Of a DNA stretch of 64,000 nucleotides, positions 12,555-24,930 are shown piece after piece (positions within the stretch are counted from its first letter, which is position 1; the number at the start of each line of letters is the position of its first letter). The notes below the pieces were generated by a model. That model was not told the origin of the DNA and did not search any database. It was given only the letters and a program-made list of their open reading frames with translations. Source of the DNA: Pristiophorus japonicus (Eukaryota); assembly GCF_044704955.1 (NCBI RefSeq), contig NC_091999.1, positions 64,604,001-64,668,000 of the forward strand, in the 5' to 3' direction. Made by a program: the position numbers and the translations under genes.

Positions 12555-15500
12555 ATCACACAATTGATGTCATAACACACTATTGTGATCATATCACACT
12601 ATTGAGGTCATACCAAACTCTTGAGGTCATATCATGTAATTGAGGTGATATCAAGCAATTGATGTCATAACACAATGTTGTGATCATATCAAGCTATTGA
12701 GGTCATATCAGACTATTGTGGTCATATCATACTTTGGAGGTTGTATCAAACTATTGAAGTCATATCGCACTATAGTGATCATATCACTCTATTGTGATCA
12801 TATCGTACTATTGTGATCATATCACACTATTGAGGTCATATCACACTTTTGAGGTCATATCACACTATTGTGATCATATCACACTATTGTGATCATATCA
12901 CAATATTGAGGTCATATCACACTATTGAGGTCATATCACAATATTGAGATCATATAACACTATTGTGATCATATCACACGATTGTGGACAGATCACACTA
13001 TTGAGGTCATATCACACAATTGAGGTCATAACATACTGTTGTGATCATATCACACTATTGTGATTATATCACACTATTGAGGTCATATCACACTATTGTG
13101 GTCATATTACACTATTGTGATCATATCACACGATTGATGTCATATCACTCCATTGTGAACATATCATTCTATTGTGAACATATTACACTCTTGAGGTCAG
13201 ATCACACTATTGAGGTCATATCACACTATTGTTATCATATCACACTATTGAGGTCATATCACACTATTGTGATCATATCACTCTCGTGAGGACATAGCAC
13301 ACTATTTTGATCATATCAAACTATTGTGATCATATCACTCTATTAAGGTCATATAACACTATTGAGATCATATCACTCTATTTTGATCATATCACACTAT
13401 TGTGATCATATCACACAATTGTGATCAGGTCACAGGATTGTGAACATTGCAGGCTATTGTGAGCATATCACACTAGTTAGTCATATCACACTTTTGTGAT
13501 TATATTATACTATTGTGATCATATCACATTATTATGATCATAGCACACTATTGTTATAATATCACACTATTGTGATCATTGCACTCTCTTGGGTTCATAT
13601 CACACTATTTAGGTCATATCTCACTATTGAGGTCATATCACACTATTATGATCATATCACACTATTGAGGTCATATCACACTATTGACGTCATATCACAC
13701 TAGTGTGATCATATCACATTATTGAGGTCAGATCACACTATTCTGATCATATCACACTATTGTGATCATATCAAGCATTGTGATCATATCACACTATTGA
13801 AGTCATATCACACTATTGTGATCGTAGCAAACTATTGTAATCATATCACACGAGTGTGGTCATATCACACTATTGTGATCATAGCACACTATTGTGATCA
13901 TATCACATCATTGAGGTCATATCACACTATTGTCATTGTCGCCATATCACACTATTGATATCACATCACACTATTTTCGTCATATCTCTCTATTGTGCTC
14001 ATAGTACACTATGAGCTCATATCACACTGTTGTGATCATATGACACTATTGTCGTCATATCACACTATTATGATCAGAGCACACTATTGTGATCATATCG
14101 CACTGTTGTGAACATATCACACAATTGTGATCATATCACACTATTGAGGTCATATCACACTTTTGAGGTCATATCACACTATTGTGATCATATCACACTA
14201 TTGTGATCATATCACAATATTGAGGTCATATCACACTATTGAGCTCATATAACACTATTGAGCTCACAGCACACTATTGTGACCATAGCACACTATTGAG
14301 GTCATATCACACTTTTGAGGTCATATCATTCTATTGAGGTCATATCACACTATTGTGATCATATCACACTACTGAGGTCATATCATACTATTGATGTCAT
14401 ATCGCACTATTGTGATCATATCAGACTATTCAGGTCATATGAAAATATTGATGTGATATCACACTATTGTGATCATATCAAAATGTTGTGGTCATTTCAT
14501 ACTATTGAGGTCATATCACACTATTGCGATCATATCACACTATTGTGATGTATCATACTATTGAGGTCATATCACTCTATTGTGATCATATCACACTATT
14601 GAGGTCATATCATTCTATTGAGGTCATATCACACTATTGTTATCATATCACACTATTGAGGTCATACCACACTATTGTGATCATATCACACTATTTAAGC
14701 GTATCACACTATTGAGATCATATCACAGTTGAGGTCATATTGTGATCATACCACACTCTTGTGGTCATTTCACACTATTGTGATCATATCACACTATTGT
14801 TATCATATCACACTATTGAGATCATATCATACTATTGAGATCATATCACACTATTGAGATCATATGAAACTATTGTTATCATATCACGCTATTGAGGACA
14901 TATCACACTATTGACGTCACACCAAACTATTGAGGGCAAATCACACTATTGTGTTCATATCACGCTATTGAGGTCATATAACACCAGTGAGTTCATATCA
15001 CACTACTGTGATCATTTCAATCTATTGTCATCATATCGCACTATTGTGATCATATCACGCTATTGAGATCATAGCATACTATTTTGATCATATCACACTA
15101 TTGTGTTATTATCAAACTATTGAGATCATATCACACAATTGAGGTCTTATCACACTAATGTGATCATATCACACTATTGAGGTCATACCACACTATTGTG
15201 ATCATATCACACTATTTAAGCGTATCACACTAATGAGATCATATCACACTTGAGGTCATATCAAACTATTATGAGCATATCACATTATTGAGGTCGCATC
15301 AAACTATTGTGATCATATACACCTTTGAGGTCATATCACACTATTGTGATCATATCACAGTATTGTTATCATATCATACTATTAAAATGATATCACAGTA
15401 TTGAGGCCATATCACACTATTGTGATTATATCACACTTTTGAGGTCACATCACACTATTGTGATCATATCACACTGTTGAGGTCATATCACACTATTGAC

Positions 15501-18500
15501 GTCATATCATACTATTGTGATCATATCACACGATTGAGGTCATATCACACTATTGTGAACATATCACACTTTTGAGGTCATATCATTCTATTGAGGTCAT
15601 ATCATACTATTGTGATCATATCACACTATTGAGGTCATATCATACTATTGATGTCATATAACACTATTGTGATCATATCAGACTATTCAGGTCATATGAC
15701 ATAATTGATGTCATATCACACTATTGTGATCATATCATACTATTGTGATCATATCACACTATTGAGGTCATATCACACTATTGTTATCATATCACACTAT
15801 TGTTATCATATCATACTATTGAGGTCATATCACACTATTGTGTTCATATAACACTATTGTGATCGTATCATACTATTGTGATTATATCACATGATTGTGA
15901 TCATATCATGCTATTGTGATCAAATCGCACTATTGTGATCATATCACGCTATTGAGGTCATTTAACACTATTGAGATCATATCATACTATTGAGGACATA
16001 TCACACTATTGTGATCATATCACTCTATTGATGTCATATCAAGCTATTGAGATCATATCGCACTATTGTGATCATATCACACTATTGTATCCATCTCACA
16101 CTATTGAGGTCATATCACACAATTGAGGTCATATCACACTATTGTGATCATATCACACTATTGTAATCATATTACACTATTGAGGTCATAACACACTACT
16201 GTGATCATATCACACTATTGTGATCATATCACACAGTTGAGGTCATATCACACTATTATCATCATATCACAGTATTGTGATGACATTATTGAGAGCCCAT
16301 CGCTCTATTGAGATCCTATCTCTCTACTGAGATCCTATCACAGAGTTCCATTCCGTCCACGCTATTGATCCTATCACATTATTGAGATGCTATCACACTT
16401 TTGAGGTCCTATCATTCTATTCAGATCATATCACACTATTGTGATCATATCACACTATTGAGGTCATATCATACTATTGATGTCATATCACACTATTGTG
16501 ATCATATCAGACTATTCAGGTCATATGACACTATTGATGTCGTATCACACTATTGTGATCATATCACAATGTTGAGGTCATTTCATACTATTGAGGTCAT
16601 ATCACACTATTGTGATCATATCACACTATTGTGATCGTATCATACTATTGAGGTCATATCACACTATTGTGATCATATCACACTATTGAGGTCATACCAC
16701 ACTATTGTGATCATATCACACTATTTAAGCGTATCACACTATTGAGATCATATCACAGTTGAGGTCATATTGTGATCATACCACACTCTTGTGGTCATTT
16801 CACACTATTGTGATCATATCACACTATTGTTATCATATCACACTATTGAGATCATATCATACTATTGAGATCATATCACACTATTGAGATCATATCAAAC
16901 TATTGTGATCATATCACTCTATTGAGGACATATCACACTATTGAGGTCACACCAAACTATTGAGGGCAAATCACACTATTGTGTTCATATCACGCTATTG
17001 AGGTCATATCACATTAGTGAGTTCATATCACACTACTGTGATCATTTCAATCTATTGTAATCATATCGCACTATTGTGATCATATCACGCTATTGAGATC
17101 ATATCACACAATTGAGGTCTTATCACACTATTGTGATCATATCACAGTATTGAGGTCATACCACACTATTGTGATCATATCACACTATTTAAGCGTATCA
17201 CACTATTGAGATAATATCACAGTTGAGGTCATATCAAACTATTATGAGCATATCACATTATTGAGGTCGCATCAAACTATTGTGATCATATACACATTTG
17301 AGGTCATATCACACTATTGTGATCATATCACAGTATTGTTATCATATCATACTATTAAGATGATATCACAGTATTGAGGCCATATCACACTATTGTGATC
17401 ATATCACACTATCGAGGTCATATCACACTATTGTGATCATATCACACTGTTGAGTCATATCACACTATTGACGTCATATCACACTATTGTGATCATATCA
17501 CACGATTGAGGTCATATCACACTATTGTGATCATATCACACTTTTGAGGTCATATCATTCTATTGAGGTCATATCACACTATTGTGATCATATCACACTA
17601 TTGAGGTCATATCATACTATTGATGTCATATCACACTATTGTGATCATATCAGACTATTCAGGTCATATGACACTATTGATGTCATATCACAGTATTGTT
17701 ATCATATCACAGTATTGTGATGACATTATTGAGAGCCCATCGCTCTATTGAGATCCTATCTCTCTACTGAGATCCTATTACAGTGTTTCATTCCGTCCAC
17801 GCTATTGATCCTATCACATTATTGAGATGCTATCACACTTTTGAGCTCCTATCATTCTATTGAGATCATATCACACTATTGTGATCATATCACACTATTG
17901 AGGTCATATCATACTATTGATGTCATATCACACTATTGTGATCATATCAGACTATTCAGGTCATATGACACTATTGATGTCGTATCACACTATTGTGATC
18001 ATATCACAATGTTGAGGTCATTTCATACTGTTGAGGTCATGTCACACTATTGTGATCATATCACACTATTGTGATCATATCACACTATTGAGGTCATATC
18101 ATTCTATTGAAGTCATATCACACTATTGTGATCATATCACACTATTGAGGTCATTTCATACTATTGAGGTCATATCACACTATTGTGTTCATATAACACT
18201 ATTGTGATCGTATCATACTATTGTGATTATATCACATTATTGTGATCATATCAAACTATTGTGATCATATCGCACTATTGTGATCATATCACGCTATTGA
18301 GGTCATATAACACTATTGAGTTCATATCATACTATTGAGGGCATATCACACTATTGTGATCATATCACTCTATTGATGTCATATCACGCTATTCAGATCA
18401 TATCACACAATTGAGGTCATATCACACTATTGTGATCATATCACACTATTGTGATCATATTATACTATTGAGGTCATAACACACTACTGTAATCATATCA

Positions 18501-19170
18501 CACTATTGTGATCATATCACACAGTTGAGGTCATATCACACTATTGTGATCATATCACAGTATTGTGATTACATTATTGAGAGCCCATCGCTCTATTGAG
18601 ATCCTATCTGCCTACTGAGATCCTATCACAGTGTTCCATTCCGTCCACGCTATTGTTCCTATCACGTTATTGAGATGCTATCACACTTTTGAGGTCCTAT
18701 CACACTGTTGAGATGCTTTCAATCTATTGCGACCATATGCCTCTATTGGGATCCTATCGTACTATTGAAATCAAGGCACGCTATTGAGATCCTGTTTCTC
18801 TTTTGAGATTTCCTACACTATTGAAATGCTATCGCATTATTCAGCTGCTTTCAATCTATTGAGATCCTATCTTTACATTGAGATCCGAATGCTCTTATAC
18901 TATTGCTCTATTGAGATCGTCATGCTCTAACGGGTTGCTTTCGCACTATCGATATCGTATTGAGAGCTATCACTCTGTTGAAATGCTATCACTCTGTTGC
19001 AACGCGTCAGACTATTGAAACTCTATCGTTCTACTGAAATCCTATCGCAATATTGAGATTCTGTCGCTTAATTGAGATACGATCACACTATTGAGATCTT
19101 ATTACACTATTGAGATCCTGTCGCTCTATTGAGATACGATCACACTATTGAGATCCTAAGACACTACTGC
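12553..19170. repeat. 19-bp tandem satellite, about 350 units, main variants TATTGTGATCATATCACAC and TATTGAGGTCATATCACAC
   Basis: Direct 19-bp period; spurious ORFs repeat every 19 aa (3 units); kb-scale duplicated blocks; diverged TATTGAGATCCTATC variant at the right end. Confidence 0.97.
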
Positions 19171-19424
19171 TCAATTACAAGGAAGCAAACGATATCCGAG
19201 CAACACCACCAGGAACAGATTAACCAGCCATTCATTTACTGGCTGTGGGAAAAGGGCATTCTGTCTCTCTAACAACAAATATATTAAATTGCTTATGAAG
19301 CTTACTGGGGTGTGCATAAGACGTGACAATTGCTCTGTAGACAAAAAACTTTTATTTTCTTATCATTGAGTCAGGATCCTGAGCCTGTCCAATTATCTTT
19401 GCATTACAATTTGATATGATAATA

Positions 19425-19825
19425 AATTCTGAACAGGCTGGGAAACTTTTCTCTGGAAAAGAGAAAGTGACTTGATAGAGATCTTTAAATTTATGAAGGG
19501 GTTCGATAGATTAGATTGAAGATGTTTCTACTTGTGGGGGAGTCCAAAATTAGTGGACATAAATTTAAGTCACTAATGAATCTAATAGGGAATACAGGAG
19601 AAAGTTCTATACCAAGAGAACGGTTGGAACAGTAAACTTATTACCAGAAGGAAATATTGAAGCGAATGGAATAGATACATTTAAGGGGAAGCTAGATAAG
19701 TGTATGATGAAGAAATAAATAGAAGGATATGTTGATAAGATTAAGGTGGGAGAATTCTGGTGTGGAACATTGACACTGGAATATACTTGTTGGCCCAAAT
19801 GGCCTGTTTCTGTCCTGTGAACCTT
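19425..19825 (+). mobile_element. Degenerate CR1 3' fragment
   Basis: Remnants of the LF-LEKR...DLIE-FK-MKGFDR end and a CR1-type 3' UTR. Confidence 0.7.
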
Positions 19826-21169
19826 TTATAACACTGTATAATACTGCTTGTTCCTCTCAAATGCTGCCTTAAGGTTCTTCCTTCTGCTGCTGAGGTACCT
19901 TACCCCGCTGAGCTGCGTGTCCGCAAGCATCGATAGATTCCAGGGCCTGATGAATTATCTATCCCTCATGTCTGATTGGAAGAGGTGACGGCCAACAGCA
20001 TTTTCATTCGCCAGAGGCGCTGTTTGCCAGCTGGAATCACAGGGGGCAGGGCAGGAGGAGGCAAGGGGCAGCTTGTCCTCACCAGCGAAACACTCCAGGC
20101 CAATTGCAGCGGTTCCACCAGCACTCCAACTGCTCAGCACAAGCGGGGCAGCTGAGAATGATCGGTGACTCGAGACCCAGAAAAGAAGGATACGGTAAAG
20201 AACACTTTCATACCTATTCGTGTACTGCATAAACGATCACAGCCTTACTGCAGAGAATTGTGAAATGTTACTTTGTAAAGTTTAAAAGATTATCACCGCG
20301 CCCGTAAAGGTATGGTTCTTGACTTGCTGCAGGTGTTTCCGTGTTGAGGTCGGGGCTCGGGTGGTGCTCCAAGAACTGGACAGATAATTATTAATAGTAA
20401 GTACTGTCGCATAGTTTCAGAGAATGGGAAAGGCAACTGGCCGTTCTAATGGGAAGTAACCATTCAGATTGTTAAATCACAAACGATGACATTCATTACA
20501 ATATTCAGTCTGTGTATGGATCTCCTGCTGTGTGATTCCCATTGAATATTATGATGAAACCCCAACCTTGAACATGTCTGTCTTTGTGTCTCCGCTACTA
20601 TATGGTATAAGGATGTGGGGTGGTTAAATGTTAAAGCACAGAGCAGTCAGTGTGATATTTCCGGACAGAAGGAATGTGTTGGACAAACCGTTGCCCTGAT
20701 GTGCCTCTGCTCTCCCCAGTATAGAGCATAACCCAGCCTGAGTCAAGACAGTGAAGTAGACAGATCAGCAATGATTCAGGAGAGGACAAGACAGAGCGTG
20801 CCAGTTGCAGCATTGGGATAGACTGGGAAAGCGGTTTTCGATAAGGATCGATCGAGTGCACAAATTTTGCAATAACATGTAGTTAAATTCACATCGTCCA
20901 CATTTGTCAGGGCCGTTTGTGTGAAACCTTTTCTGACCCACATATATTGTGGCTGTTAAATGTCACAGATTGGCAGAAAATGATAAACCGTTTCCTAGTT
21001 GCTGCAGAGAGTTCTTGATGAAACCGTTAACACTGCTCAGGGATGCTGACTGCTGCTGTAAGCGCTGGTGAACGGTTTGTATGGTTACTCACTGTTCAGC
21101 AAAACAGGAAACTGGCTGCGAAACCATTCATTACATCCGACATGTACTGAAACTCAACGCTGCCCACAT

Positions 21170-23250
21170 ATGTTATTTCTGTTAATCACCCCATTAAAAA
21201 AGATTTATACATTGCCTTTTGAAATAGCGTCTGCCTCCAACAAGCCCGAAAGCCCTGTACTAATCCGAAAACAATGCCACTGTTCCACTCACACCCATAG
21301 CCCTGTACCAAACTAATCACAGTGACCCGCTCTCTCGCGAAAGCCCTATATCATTGCCAATCTAATAACATTGCTTCGCTCCCTTCCCACGGAACTGTAT
21401 CATTCTCAAACTAATTATTGTGTTCCTAACACAGATGAGACTGCACACAGAGAGGTTAAAGTAACAGAGACCTCAGTCTTTATTAATACACTCCAGAGTG
21501 AGGAACAGGCCTTAGGGGCCGGCTTATATACAGTGCTCCCAAGGGATGCTGGGATCCCTTGGGACTTCAGGGGATGCGCTCCCTGGTGGCGGAACATGGG
21601 AGTGCATGCTTTACAGATACACAAACCTAATCCCACTGCCTCACACCATCCCGAAAATCCTGTAGTATTCCAAAACAAATCCCACTGACCGATTGCCTCC
21701 CGATAGCTCTGTATCAATTCAAAAATAATCTCAATCTCCCACTCACTACCCATAGCCCTATATCCATCAAAAACTGATCTCACTGTCCGCTCTTTCGCAT
21801 AGCTCAATATCATTTGCTAAACTAATCTCACTGCCCCGCTCTCACGCCATGGCATTGTACATATGCCAAACTAATCCCAGTGCCTCGTTCTCTCTCCATG
21901 GCCTTGTATCCGTGCACAACTAATGCCCCTAACCGGCTCTCGTCCCATCGTCATCTATCAATCCAAACCTAATTCTACAGCTCCGGTCCCTCCTCATTTC
22001 GCTGCATCAATCCCAACTAAACCCACTGCTAAATCCCCTCCCCATAGCACTTTATTAATCAAAAAAGTATCACTGCCCCACACTCTCCCTATATCCCTGT
22101 TTCCATCGCAAACTATTCCCATTGCCCGCTCTGTCTCCATAGCAATATTTAATTAAAATTCCAAAACCACTCTCCCATTCTCATCCTATGATCGTGTATC
22201 AGTACCAAACTATTATCACTGCTGTACTTTCTCTCTCTCCATAGCCCTGTCTGAATTTAAAACTACAACCCCAGTCTCAACATTATTAATTTTTGTAACC
22301 AATTTCACGACTCTGCTGTCCCCATTAATTCCAGCCCGCTCAATATCCGAACATCAATCACAAACGAATTGTACTGTTCCACTTTCTCCACATAGCCCGG
22401 ATTAATCCCACTGCACTACTCTTACCCCTGAGAGAATGCAACATTGAGCCCTTCCCAATGCTCTCTCCATAGGCCTTTATCAATCACACATTCATCCCAC
22501 AGACCTGCTCTCACCCCTTAGCCAGTTTCAATCCCTAACTAATCTCACTGCCCTACTCTTCGCCCTGTGTGAATACAAAATTAAGCCATTCTCCACTCTC
22601 ACCCTACACTCTAATCCCACAAACCTATTCTCGCTCCATAATCTCCAAAAATAATCACAAACTCTCGTATCTGCTCATTGCCCTGCATCATGCCTAAAAT
22701 GTGCTGTGCTGCTAGTTCTCAAGCCCTGTATCATTTCCCAACTAATGCCACGAACCCTTGCCATCCCCATTGCCTGTATCAATCACAAACTAATCTCACT
22801 GTCTGGCTCGCTTTCCATAGCTCTGTATTAATACCAAACTAATACTAATGCCCCCCCTCTTTCCCCATAGCTGCGTATCAATCACAAACTAGACACATTG
22901 CACCGCTCTCTAGCGTTGATCCGTCTCAGTCACAAAAGAATGCCACTGCCACGCCCGTTCCCCATCGCTCTCTTTCAATCCCAAACCAATACCACAGTCA
23001 AGCACTAATCCAATATACGCGTATCAATCGGAGAGGAATCCACCACCCACTCTCTCAGAAGAGCCCTACTCCATTCCTAAACGAATCCCAGTCACCGGTT
23101 CCGTCACCACAGCCTAGTATCACACGTCCCCATTCTCTGCCCATAGGCCTGTATCAATCCCAATCTAAACTTGAACTTTCCCTCTGCCCCACTCTCCACA
23201 CAATTAGGTTGCATCAATCCTAAACTAATCAACTGTCCGACTTTCTTATA
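21170..23250. repeat. Degenerate 49-bp tandem array (consensus approx. CCAAACTAATCCCACTGCCCCGCTCTCTCCCCATAGCCCTGTATCAATC), about 38 units
   Basis: The aactaat anchor recurs at 21311, 21360 and 21409 (49-bp period) and continues to about 23250. Confidence 0.85.
21416..21626 (-). mobile_element. Solo LTR of a Gypsy-type family, with 5-bp TSD CTAAT
   Basis: Shares tcccctg-agtcccaagggatc...cccttgggagcac, cactctggag and aataaa blocks with the LTRs at 43553 and 47795. CTAAT flanks it at 21411-21415 and 21627-21631. Confidence 0.85.
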
Positions 23251-23269
23251 GAGTCCCAATTATACGCAA

Positions 23270-24930
23270 ATATAATTTAACTAAATACAGAACCAATATA
23301 TACCCTAATGGAAAGAGCTGTACTTATCAAATAAAACAGCCGGAGTTGACTAAAGACGTGGGACTTAACATACAACAATAGAAAAGCAAGAAAAGGTACA
23401 AATACTGGGGTAGATATGAAGTACAGCAAAGGACGATAACAAAGATCATAAAAGCTGTAAAGAGCCAATAGGAAAAGGTCTGAGGGATATTAAGGTTAAC
23501 ACAAATAGATTAACATAAACAGAAAAGTGATGTTGAATGTTAATGTGGGTCGATTCAAATACAGATGGGGTAATATTGCAAGTGAAAATACGGAAATTAC
23601 ACATTGTGGAATAATTACTTTGTTTCAGTCTTCACAGTAGAGGACGAGGTTAATATTCCAGGGACATTAATAATGAATCAAGGAGTGGATCTCACTAAAG
23701 GAAAGGTAAGCAAGACTCTGAAAAAAATAATGGCACTAAAGACTGACAAATCCCCAGGACCTAATAGTTTGCTGCACGTGGTTATACAAATATATTTTCG
23801 ATGCTTTGGCCGTAATGTTCCGAAGCTTTCTCTGTTGAGATATTGTGCCTTTAGATTGTAAAATTGCAAATGTGACCTTTTATTAAGAAAGGTCAGACAG
23901 AGAGAAAGCATTAAATGATAGACCTATTAGTCTAACGTCTGTTGTGTGGAAGTTATTGCAACCAATATTTCAAGACAGAGTGACTTGGCAATTCGGGAAA
24001 TCTGGACTGATTCGAGAGAGCGGACATGGATTTGTAAAGGGTCGATCATGATTAACAAAATAAACTGAAATTTGAGGAAGCAGCTGTAGTAGATGTCAGG
24101 GAAATGTCTTTGGATTTAGTTTACATGGTCTTCCAAATGTATTCGTTAATGTTCCGCATAACAGACTGTTAGCTAAAATTAAAGTTCACGAAATTGAAGG
24201 AAATAACGCAGTTGGACGAGAGAAGACAGAGTGTACGGATAATGGGTATTTACTCGCATTGGAATGAAGTGACAACAGGTGTCCCACAAGTATCTATACT
24301 GCGGTCTGAACTATTCACCATATTTATTAATGACTTAGGTAACACAAGTGGGAGTCATATGTCCAGGTGTTCATTTGACAGAACATTTGGTGGTATAGTA
24401 AGTTGTGTCGATAGGAGCACATTATCACAAAGAGACATTGATTGATTAAGTGAGTGAGCGATACTCTGGCAGTTAAATTTCATTGCAGGTAATTGTGAGG
24501 TCATCCATTTTGGATAAATCCGATCCGTTAGAAATGTTGAGAAGGGAGCAACAATGGTGGTAGAAAGAGATTTAGGGGTCCAAATGCAAAGATGAGGAAA
24601 ATGTAGCAGTTATGTTAAAAAATCAGCAAGGCTGATGGAATGGGAGCCTTTATAACTGGAGGTATGGAATCTAATTTAGACGAAGTTTTGCTACAACTAT
24701 ACAAACGCTGGTTAGACCACGTCTGAAAAGTTTTCGCCGCTGCACCTTAGAAATGATGTATTAGCCTTGGAAGAAGTGCAGCCCAGATTTACCAGAATGT
24801 TATCAGACCATCGCGAACTAGATTATGAGGAGAGATTATATAAACAAGGCTTCTTTGCCTGGAATGGACAAGGTTCCGGGGTAATTTGATTTAGATTTTT
24901 AGGATTTTGACAATAATTGACAGGTAGATA
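23270..24930 (+). mobile_element. Old degenerate CR1 (RT region)
   Basis: NNYFVSVFT, DKSPGP and TGVPQ-S-L remnants with many disruptions. Confidence 0.85.

Noticed and set aside
12553-19170. CRISPR-like array or His/Cys-rich repeat proteins (SHYCDHITLL ORFs)
   Set aside because: Units are contiguous with no unique spacers, there are no cas genes, and the context is vertebrate. The ORFs are translation artefacts of a 19-bp period.
12553-19170. RSS-like CACA motifs near an Ig gene
   Set aside because: CACACTA/CACAATA only partly match CACAGTG, and I saw no nonamer at 12 or 23 spacing.
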